Positions 16,752 through 25,146 of a DNA stretch of 64,000 bases are shown here, in pieces. The translations under genes and the position numbers were made by a program. Source of the stretch: a virus (lineage: Duplodnaviria; Caudoviricetes). The DNA lies in IMG/VR virus record IMGVR_UViG_3300027705_000005, positions 36,536 through 100,535 of that record; one strand, written 5' to 3'. Each line of letters starts with the position of its first letter. Positions within the stretch are counted from its first letter, which is position 1. The notes beneath the pieces were generated by a model that was given only the letters and a program-made list of their open reading frames with translations, did no database searches and was not told where the DNA came from.

Positions 16752-19700
16752 TTATTGTGCATTATAATCTTCATAACTATCTACAGCTGAGTTATATGTA
16801 GAAACCCCAGATCTTGATAATGGTATTGTTTTTGCCCAATTTCTACCCAATCTATTAATATCTTCTTGATCAGTATCATTTATTGGATTCAATACCTCTA
16901 TAGTACTCCAAGCAGCTTTAGAGAAATCTGTCCATACTCTTAATGCAGGAACTGGATTTCTAATAACATCAGATAGTGTACCAGGTAAAGCATAAAAAGA
17001 TATATCAGATCTTAATCTATAAATTAAATTTAAGGCTAATGTAGCACTACCTTTAGAGAATTTATCATCATCATCTAATTCTGCTTTTAACATTTTTAAA
17101 CCTATCATCATTGCCCATAATGATAAAAAGAATACCATCTCTGCTGCTATCTTTCTAATATCAGCCTGATCTGTTTTATCTAAATTAGTAAAAGCATCTT
17201 TCCATCTTTCCATTGTTGAACCAGCACCAGAATTTCTTAAAAAGTTATTATATTCTTTAAACATTCTTGGCATAGCCATATATCTTCCTTGTACTCTAAC
17301 ACCAGTAATTTCATCAGGTCTTGATACACCAAATCTGCTATTTATACCTTCTGTAATCCAAGATAATTTAAATTGTCCTAATAATGCTCCTAATACTTTT
17401 GATTTAATCCATACAGGACTATTGGGATCTGTGTTACCATGTACTTTTTTGACAATAGAATTTAATTTTTGGATCATGTCTATTTGATTTTCAGAACTCC
17501 AATTCTCTATTTCATTTGAATTAATTGTACCATCTGCATTAATTAAGGACCACATAGACTTCTCAGTACCATCTTTCATTTTAACCTTATCATGCATTAA
17601 AGCTGCTACAATAGTTTGTCCTTTCATAAAGAAATCTGAACCTCTCATCCATGTGTACATCATTTCTGTATTAACAATTTGACCCTTACCATAATGTGAT
17701 TCCATCATATCTTTAATCAAGTTATTTTGCTCAAAGAAATTTACTATTTTATTTCTCTTATCACTTGATTTTACTTTACCCATAGAAAAGAAATTTGCCA
17801 TAGTTGATCTCATTTCTCCAAATGCTGCATGTGCTTCTTTTACATTAAAATATAATCCCCCAATAGCTTCCATGTAGTTAGATGCTACACCAAAGTTTAA
17901 GTTGGTAATAGGAGATAATATAGAAAATCCCATTGATTTAGCTTGTGTTAATGCAATAGCTGAATAAGCACCCTTAGTATAACTTGATCTCTTACCACCT
18001 AAAGCTTTATAATCTCTATATAAATTTTTATATGAAGCTATTGTATCTTTTTCATCTTTAGTTAACTTCTCACCAGCTTTCTGTTTTAGCATTGCTGCAT
18101 CAAACATTGGTTCTATTCCTTTAGCTTCTTCTTTAATTTTTCTAGCTTGTTTCTTTTTCTCAGAAGTTAAACCAAATAAATCTTTAAATTCAAATATATT
18201 ATCTGCCCAGAAATCTTCTTTTTGATGTTGATCAGGTTCTGTTCTATATTTACCATAAACTAATGCATCAAATGTATAATTTACAGTTTTTTTAATTAAA
18301 TCTAACCCATCATTTCTATAACCATCATTAGTTATTTCTTTTGCTTGATTAACTATATATCTCTGTAATTCAACTGCATCTGATATATCATCTAAATATT
18401 TATAAGTTTCTACTTCATGAATAATCATCTGCATTGTACTTTGTAGATCAGTTGAAAATCCTTTATTTAATTCTTTTAATTCTTGTTGATATATCTTTCT
18501 TTCAGAATCAGTTATACCTGGTTGTTCAAGTAATCTTTCTACTTCATCTATTCTTGCATCAACATCAAAGAATTTATCAAATCTTACTTTATTTAAAGGA
18601 TTACCTAATTCATCTACTTCATTATCAAATTGATAACTATGATTAACTGAGAACCAATCTGTAGCACCATCTAATCCTTGTACTGGTTTATATCCATTAG
18701 CTTTAAATGCTTCCCATGCTCCAGCTTTAGATCTCATTACAAAATCTGCATTAGTATTACCTCTAATATCTTTAGGTAATCTTTTTACAGCAGCTCTCAT
18801 ATAACTATTTACAAAATCATAAACTGCAAATAGATCCTTATTTGCTAACATCTCCTTAAATTTAGGATTATAATGTTGATCACCCACTGGTGCATATGGA
18901 ACATATCTAAGCTTATCTTTATCTTTGGTTTGATTAATAGCTTCCATGTCTGTATCTTCAGGTAATGCTGAAGGATTATATGTAATATTATAATACAAGA
19001 ATGGATTATGTCTATATTCCCATAACTTCATTTCTTCTTCAGCTAATTCTGGATTATCAATATAAGTATCTTCTAACCAATCTTTATATTGCTCTTGTTC
19101 TTCATAATACTGTTTAATCTTAGCTTGTGCTAAATCAACCATAGACATTGCATAATGTTTGTTTTTCTCTCCTACCTTATTATAAAATTCTTCAATTAAT
19201 CTATCTCTTTCTTCTTCAGTAGTACCTTCAGCAAATGCTATAGGATCAATAGCAATGGTATTATCAACAAACCATTGATTCTTTAATCTTCTTGCCTCTT
19301 TAGATCCTGCATTTAATCCTTGAAAAGTTAATTCATCATTGGTATAAGATGGCTCTTTTCTACCTTCTTCTACAGCTTTAATAACACTATCCAGGATTTC
19401 TTCAGTACTTATTTTATCTTCTATCAATTGCTTTTTAGCTCTATTGGCTTTATCCATATCTCCATCAAGATATAATTTAATATAATCAGATATATCTTCT
19501 TTATCTGATTCTTTATAGAAAGCATCAGCATAACCAGATAATTCTTTTCTTGTACCAATAAATGAATCATCTAATTCATATATTAAATGATTCCATAAAG
19601 TTCTACCAGCAGCATCTGTTTTAAATAATTTTTTATAATCTTCTCTTTTAATTTTAGAAAATAATTCATCAGACTTTTTCCACTTTTCTTTAATAGATAA

Positions 19701-20669
19701 TTCCTTAGCAATATTAACTCTTTCAATAGCTGATCCTAAATATCTGATAAACTTTTGATCACTATTTTTAATATCTAATATATTAAGCATCCACTTACTA
19801 TCTTTCATCATAGTCATGTCATCAACAGTAAGATCAAACTTACTACCTTTAGATGCTTCAAGAATAAAATCAGTTGTTACATTATAAATATCATGCTTTA
19901 TTTGGGAAGCATCAGATTGTATTTTTTCTACTTCTTCATTAAGTTCACTTACTCCTAAAATATCTCTGAAATTAGACCATATATCACCAGTAGCAATAAT
20001 ATCTCTAATCTCTGAAGCATTTAATGAATTAGGATTTTGTAATGCTTCTTTAGCATCTTCTACATCCATTCTTGCTATATTAGTTAATACTTCTAATTTA
20101 TCTTGTATTGTTTCAGATTCTTTATAATCTTCTAATTCTTTATTATAATTATCTATTTTAGATTGTATAAAATATTTATTAACCCCTGGTCTTGTTAATG
20201 TAGATTGTAATCTATTAATCTTAGCTTTGGTTCTTGCTATAATCTGATTATCATCTGCTTCTGCTTTAGATATTTGTTTATTAACACTAATAGAATCACT
20301 TGTAGATAATACATTACCTACTAAGTTTTCTATTGTATCTAAATCTTCATTGTCCCTTTTTTTTACCTGTAACTCATTTAAAGTAGCAGGATTATAACTA
20401 ATAACTAATGACTTACTTGTAGGAGATACATAATTATATCTTACTGGTATTCCTATAGAGTCTTGTACAGCATTCTTAATATCTATCATAAAGTCAGATA
20501 CATCACCTACTTGATCACTGATAACAAAATGTGTTACAGCATAATCATCAGTAATATAATCTGTATAAACATTAGATGTCATACCATTACTTGAAATCAG
20601 TTCTTTTATCTTGTCTGATCTTAATAAAGATTCAATATTCTTTATATTTTGTTTATCACAATGTTGCAT
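16752..20669 (-). CDS. Large virion cargo/ejection protein (last gene of the RNAP block)
   Basis: 1305 aa, helical, C-terminal hydrophobic segment IAAEMVFFLSLWAMMIGL; position typical of crAss-like RNAP-associated proteins. Confidence 0.7.
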   Translation of the reverse strand: MQHCDKQNIKNIESLLRSDKIKELISSNGMTSNVYTDYITDDYAVTHFVISDQVGDVSDFMIDIKNAVQDSIGIPVRYNYVSPTSKSLVISYNPATLNELQVKKRDNEDLDTIENLVGNVLSTSDSISVNKQISKAEADDNQIIARTKAKINRLQSTLTRPGVNKYFIQSKIDNYNKELEDYKESETIQDKLEVLTNIARMDVEDAKEALQNPNSLNASEIRDIIATGDIWSNFRDILGVSELNEEVEKIQSDASQIKHDIYNVTTDFILEASKGSKFDLTVDDMTMMKDSKWMLNILDIKNSDQKFIRYLGSAIERVNIAKELSIKEKWKKSDELFSKIKREDYKKLFKTDAAGRTLWNHLIYELDDSFIGTRKELSGYADAFYKESDKEDISDYIKLYLDGDMDKANRAKKQLIEDKISTEEILDSVIKAVEEGRKEPSYTNDELTFQGLNAGSKEARRLKNQWFVDNTIAIDPIAFAEGTTEEERDRLIEEFYNKVGEKNKHYAMSMVDLAQAKIKQYYEEQEQYKDWLEDTYIDNPELAEEEMKLWEYRHNPFLYYNITYNPSALPEDTDMEAINQTKDKDKLRYVPYAPVGDQHYNPKFKEMLANKDLFAVYDFVNSYMRAAVKRLPKDIRGNTNADFVMRSKAGAWEAFKANGYKPVQGLDGATDWFSVNHSYQFDNEVDELGNPLNKVRFDKFFDVDARIDEVERLLEQPGITDSERKIYQQELKELNKGFSTDLQSTMQMIIHEVETYKYLDDISDAVELQRYIVNQAKEITNDGYRNDGLDLIKKTVNYTFDALVYGKYRTEPDQHQKEDFWADNIFEFKDLFGLTSEKKKQARKIKEEAKGIEPMFDAAMLKQKAGEKLTKDEKDTIASYKNLYRDYKALGGKRSSYTKGAYSAIALTQAKSMGFSILSPITNLNFGVASNYMEAIGGLYFNVKEAHAAFGEMRSTMANFFSMGKVKSSDKRNKIVNFFEQNNLIKDMMESHYGKGQIVNTEMMYTWMRGSDFFMKGQTIVAALMHDKVKMKDGTEKSMWSLINADGTINSNEIENWSSENQIDMIQKLNSIVKKVHGNTDPNSPVWIKSKVLGALLGQFKLSWITEGINSRFGVSRPDEITGVRVQGRYMAMPRMFKEYNNFLRNSGAGSTMERWKDAFTNLDKTDQADIRKIAAEMVFFLSLWAMMIGLKMLKAELDDDDKFSKGSATLALNLIYRLRSDISFYALPGTLSDVIRNPVPALRVWTDFSKAAWSTIEVLNPINDTDQEDINRLGRNWAKTIPLSRSGVSTYNSAVDSYEDYNAQ

Positions 20670-21757
20670 TAGTTTGATTTATTTTTCTCTGACAAATATT
20701 TTGATTGAGCATTATCAGCTCTTAACTTAGCTTCTTTTTCATCCAGCTTTCTAAATTTAATATTATAATCTATTAATCCATCATAAGCATCTGTTATTTG
20801 AGATTTTGGATTTGCATTATTATATTCATCTATACTAGTAAACCAGTCTGCATCTTTACCTCTATCCTCATCAACTCTACCTAGTCCTTTAACCCCAAGT
20901 CTATTATATTTATGATATTGACTATTTATTAAAGGATCTATATTATTTGTCATAAATTCTTTAGTTTTTTGAACTTTTACATCAGGTGATAATTCATCAA
21001 ATGAATTATAGTATATTGAAATATCATCTTCTAACATTTTTCTTCTTTCAATATCACTTTCTGGTAATATTAATGGATTAGTTGTTTCAGATTTTGGATA
21101 ATATCCATCTTTATTAGGAGTTCCTGAATTATAATGATACCCATCTGTTTCAGTCATACCAAAGAATGGAGCATATGCATACTTAGCTATATTCCAATGT
21201 TTATCTCCTTCTGTTTCAACTTCTGGGTAATCTTTAGATATATCTGGATATAATCTTCCTTTTGAATTAGCTTTAACAGAATATCCATCTTGTCCTTTAA
21301 TTATATATGAATCTGTATATGTGGGTTTTCCTTTAGCAAATCTTGATGTTGGTTCTTCATCTTGAGTACCAGCAACAAATGATTCATTATCTCCATTTTT
21401 AAAAATCCATCCTTTTTGAATTTGATCTGGAGTTTTTTCTTGGTGTGCTCCTTTTCCACTGGCATATAATCTATAAAATTCAGATTCAAATCTTGCAGGA
21501 GGATCAGTAAGATCAGTAGGATTATTTTCAGTAATAATTGAATTATTATTAAATTTAGGGATTACTGTTCCATCTTCAGCATAATCTTTAAATTGAGGTA
21601 ATGTATTAACATACTCATCTATATCAGAATGTTTACCTAATAATATTCTATTTTTAACCCAATCTCTTTTATTTGCTGGAACAATAGTGTGATCTCCATG
21701 TGAATTCTTGAGTATTAACTCATTATGTTCCGCATTAATGTCAATCTTATTGTACAT
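20669..21757 (-). CDS. Putative virion cargo protein: short N-terminal module, YAEDG motif, variable domain
   Basis: AEHNELILKN...DYAEDGTVIP...DPP; motif shared with the 665-aa gene. Confidence 0.55.
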   Translation of the reverse strand: MYNKIDINAEHNELILKNSHGDHTIVPANKRDWVKNRILLGKHSDIDEYVNTLPQFKDYAEDGTVIPKFNNNSIITENNPTDLTDPPARFESEFYRLYASGKGAHQEKTPDQIQKGWIFKNGDNESFVAGTQDEEPTSRFAKGKPTYTDSYIIKGQDGYSVKANSKGRLYPDISKDYPEVETEGDKHWNIAKYAYAPFFGMTETDGYHYNSGTPNKDGYYPKSETTNPLILPESDIERRKMLEDDISIYYNSFDELSPDVKVQKTKEFMTNNIDPLINSQYHKYNRLGVKGLGRVDEDRGKDADWFTSIDEYNNANPKSQITDAYDGLIDYNIKFRKLDEKEAKLRADNAQSKYLSEKNKSN

Positions 21758-22472
21758 GTGTATATGATTTATTTGTTTTTATTAAACTAATACAATATTT
21801 AGATACTCCATATTCAATGGCTAATTGAACACCTTTAATTCCACTCTTGAGTTTATCTCTTATTTCTAATATTTGATAGTCTTTTAGTTTAGATTGATTA
21901 TTTCTCTCACCTTTGAAATTATAATTCTGTGATTTTGCTCTTATTCTCTTCATATTTTCACTAGCTAATTCTCTCATTTCATCAGTATAAATTTTATTTT
22001 TCATAGCTTCTCTTGCAGCATTAATTGTATTAATGTGTGGTCTTCTTCCTTTAGCAACTTTACTCATTTTCTTTTTTGTTTCTTCACTAAATCCAACTTC
22101 TTTATGCCATTTTGAAGAGCTTATCGAGTGATTCTTTTTACATTCTTCTGACATTTTAAGACCGTAATTGCTTTGAGCTTGCTTTCTAATATTAAACTCT
22201 GGTTTTAAAGTATCTATAAACCATTGTTCTAATTTGATCAAATATTCTTTTGGACATTCTGCCAAAATTTCAAATGTAAAATATTCATGCCTATTAAACG
22301 ATCTTTGTAAATGGTTATTATTATGTTTATTTTTCAGTAGACTTGATTTATGAGTATGTATTCTATGATATAAGTTACAAGCACTACCTATATAAAATTT
22401 ATTATTTATAACAATCTTATATATTCCAGATTTCTTTTTTAATTCACCTTCAATTTTAATACTTTTAAACAT
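21747..22472 (-). CDS. GIY-YIG homing endonuclease with NUMOD3 repeats and C-terminal HTH
   Basis: SGIYKIVINNKFYIGSA...R...H; LEQWFID; SEETKKKMS; GERNNQSKL...LAIEYGVS. Confidence 0.9.
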   Translation of the reverse strand: MFKSIKIEGELKKKSGIYKIVINNKFYIGSACNLYHRIHTHKSSLLKNKHNNNHLQRSFNRHEYFTFEILAECPKEYLIKLEQWFIDTLKPEFNIRKQAQSNYGLKMSEECKKNHSISSSKWHKEVGFSEETKKKMSKVAKGRRPHINTINAAREAMKNKIYTDEMRELASENMKRIRAKSQNYNFKGERNNQSKLKDYQILEIRDKLKSGIKGVQLAIEYGVSKYCISLIKTNKSYTHVQ

Positions 22473-24469
22473 TATTTCTTTTTTGAATCATTTAAATAAA
22501 TTCTATCATAAATTTCAAAAGGTTTTCCTTGTTCTGGAATAGGAAATTCTAATGACGGATTTAAATTCCATTTATCATAGTAACTAATATACTCTCCCTT
22601 TTCATCCTTACCTTTGCTAATTTTAAAGTTTCTAAATACTAAATTACTAGGTTCTTGTACTTGTTTGCTTTCACCTTGTTTTAATGTAGTTCCTTCTTTT
22701 TTAACAAAATCTACAATTTCAGGATATGATTTACTCACACTTAAATAATTAGCTTTAGGATCTGTTGAAGTACTTGGTTTATGATTAGAAACTTCAAAAG
22801 TATTAAATCTTTGTGGATTTCCAGTATATAATGCCCAAGCATCATCAGCTCTTTTAAAATGAGGTTTTGCTTCTTCTTTATAACGAGCCTGTTCTTTAGC
22901 TGAAAGTTTTCTAAAATCTTCAGGTTTACCTTTATACGTTATTGGTAATGGATTCTCTACATTAATATCTCTATTCTTATCTGTAGTAATTAAACCTTTG
23001 ACACCTTGCATTATTGGAGGCATTATGGAATTATAGGGAGTTACATTTTTATAAATTTTATCTCTCACTACTTTATTAACTCCTAACTGTTCATCTAATA
23101 TTCCAGTTTCCTTTAATTGTTGAGCTGGAGTACCTTTATAATTAGTATTGTATCTATCTCCATTGTATAAAAATTGTTCATCTCCAGACTTACGAGCTTT
23201 AGCATAGGCTGAATTAAAATCTTTTTCATTACTCATATCATTTAATCCTATATTACGAGGATCTAATTTATCTTTAATATTATCTATAATATCTTTTTTA
23301 GGTTTAATAGTTTGATTAAATTCTACTACTGGTTTAACAATATTAGTAGATTCAGAAAACATAGTATTATCTTTAATCATTCTATCTAATCCTGGAATTT
23401 TCTTTTTAGGAGGATTAGTAGGATCTTCTCCATCAGGAACAACCATACCATCAGCAGCCATAGGGATGACTAAACCAAAAGCAGCAGTAATTTGAGTAGT
23501 TCCATTATGCATTTTTACTCCATCTTTTCCTATAGATAGATCAACTCCTCCTTTGGCATGTGTAGGATATCCTTTCAAGTCCTTAACTATTTTCCAAGTT
23601 CCACCTTTAGTAAAACCTTTAGGTTTCATACCATCAGCAGCTTTAAATAAACCTCCTCCAGGTCCACATTTTTTTATTTCAAGATCATTAAATAGATCTG
23701 TTATTGTTTGTTGAATTGGGTTATTTTTATTAACATATTTTTTAAATCCTTCTATATCTTGTTTAGAACCTAATATATGAATTTGTTCTTGACTTGGTAT
23801 AGCATAACTTGTGCTACCTTTATCTTCACTAAGATTTATATATTCAAACCCAATGTTTTTATCTTTAAAAATTTCTTGAAGTTTTTTATTACCTGCTTTT
23901 TCTCCTTCAGGTAAAGCCATCCTATAATTTTCGTGAAAATACGGAGATTCTCGAATAGCTTTATTTTTAGCTTCATTTATACTTTTAACTTCTTCAATAG
24001 TTAAAATATTTCTACCAAGTAATTCTTTTAATAATCCTCCTTCATCTGTACCTAAAAACCACATTCCATCCTTAATGGTTTGTAAGTCTTTAACATTTAA
24101 AAGAACTTGATTTAAAACATCACCTCTTTGTAATGCTGCATTTTTACTACCAAAATGTATTAAAGGTTCTTTTTTAATTTCAAACTGATTTATTTTTTGA
24201 TTACTTCCATGATAAACAATATCCTTTAATTTACTGGTTTTAAAGATTGTAGATAAATACTGCAAATATTGAGCTTTACTACCAATCGAAGCAAGTTCAG
24301 GCGATTGACTAAATACATAATCAATACCTTCCATCTTTCTTTTAAAAGAATCTATTACATTTTTATTTTTAGCAATAGATGTAACAAATTCTTGCTTATT
24401 ATTAATAAAGTATTCTTTGAATTGTTTTTCTGAATACTTTTGACCTTTATATGTTATTATACAACTCAT
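22472..24469 (-). CDS. Modular virion protein with N-terminal ADP-ribosyltransferase-like (ART-PolyVal-like) domain
   Basis: KDIVYHGS...IHFGS..AA...SED...YAIPSQEQI; then AADG repeats, THAKGGV, FNSAYAKAR..G..F.YNG.RY, YISYYDKW modules. Confidence 0.6.
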   Translation of the reverse strand: MSCIITYKGQKYSEKQFKEYFINNKQEFVTSIAKNKNVIDSFKRKMEGIDYVFSQSPELASIGSKAQYLQYLSTIFKTSKLKDIVYHGSNQKINQFEIKKEPLIHFGSKNAALQRGDVLNQVLLNVKDLQTIKDGMWFLGTDEGGLLKELLGRNILTIEEVKSINEAKNKAIRESPYFHENYRMALPEGEKAGNKKLQEIFKDKNIGFEYINLSEDKGSTSYAIPSQEQIHILGSKQDIEGFKKYVNKNNPIQQTITDLFNDLEIKKCGPGGGLFKAADGMKPKGFTKGGTWKIVKDLKGYPTHAKGGVDLSIGKDGVKMHNGTTQITAAFGLVIPMAADGMVVPDGEDPTNPPKKKIPGLDRMIKDNTMFSESTNIVKPVVEFNQTIKPKKDIIDNIKDKLDPRNIGLNDMSNEKDFNSAYAKARKSGDEQFLYNGDRYNTNYKGTPAQQLKETGILDEQLGVNKVVRDKIYKNVTPYNSIMPPIMQGVKGLITTDKNRDINVENPLPITYKGKPEDFRKLSAKEQARYKEEAKPHFKRADDAWALYTGNPQRFNTFEVSNHKPSTSTDPKANYLSVSKSYPEIVDFVKKEGTTLKQGESKQVQEPSNLVFRNFKISKGKDEKGEYISYYDKWNLNPSLEFPIPEQGKPFEIYDRIYLNDSKKK

Positions 24470-25146
24470 ACTTCTTTCCAGATTTTATTATTTTTGATTT
24501 TATAAATTGTCATTTTAGCTACTCCATATATAGAAGATAAATTAACTACAGTATCGTTTGATTTTCTTATAGTTTTAACTATCTCCCAGTTTAATTTAGC
24601 TGAAGGATTGTTTTCACCCAACACTTTATTAGAAAGATTCTTACTTCTTTTTAAAGCAGATTCTTTTAATTTTTGTTTATGCTCTTCTGAAAAAACAATT
24701 CCTTTTTTAGCTTTAGACATTTTTTCTTTAGTCTCTTTAGATTTAGGTTGCGGTTTTCCTAATTTCGATTTGCTTAATAATTGTCTTGTTTCTTCTGAAA
24801 TAATTCTACCCATAAGAGCTTTAGAAATCTTTTTTCTTGTAGATTTTTTAGGGACTCTTCCTTTACTACTATAAGCAAAAGGACTTAGATTTACTGTATT
24901 TTTTGTATTATCAATAAACCATTGTTCAAGTTTAATTAAATATTCTGAAGGACAAGTTGCTACAATTTTATATAAAAAAACATCAACCCCATATTTATTA
25001 TAAGCTCTTTGTAATCTTGAATTAGGATGTGCATTTCTTTTTAGACAATTAAAATGTTCTCTAATTCTTTTCTTTAAATTAGATGAACTCCCTACATAAT
25101 TTTTATTATTGTAGCTGATTATATACACTCCTGAATTTAGTTGCAT
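24466..25146 (-). CDS. GIY-YIG homing endonuclease with NUMOD3 repeats
   Basis: SGVYIISYNNKNYVGSS...R..EH; EYLIKLEQWFID; SEETRQLLS, SKETKEKMS, SEEHKQKL; GENNPSAKL. Confidence 0.9.
   Translation of the reverse strand: MQLNSGVYIISYNNKNYVGSSSNLKKRIREHFNCLKRNAHPNSRLQRAYNKYGVDVFLYKIVATCPSEYLIKLEQWFIDNTKNTVNLSPFAYSSKGRVPKKSTRKKISKALMGRIISEETRQLLSKSKLGKPQPKSKETKEKMSKAKKGIVFSEEHKQKLKESALKRSKNLSNKVLGENNPSAKLNWEIVKTIRKSNDTVVNLSSIYGVAKMTIYKIKNNKIWKEV

Noticed and set aside
21747-25146. Group I introns hosting the GIY-YIG genes
   Set aside because: The nuclease ORFs overlap flanking genes at both ends, leaving no non-coding space for a ribozyme core
24430-25146. Resemblance of YIISYNNKNY (nuclease) to CIITYKGQKY (next gene start) as a third N-terminus replacement
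   Set aside because: The segment is the GIY-YIG catalytic motif itself and has the same spacing in the paralog; likely coincidence
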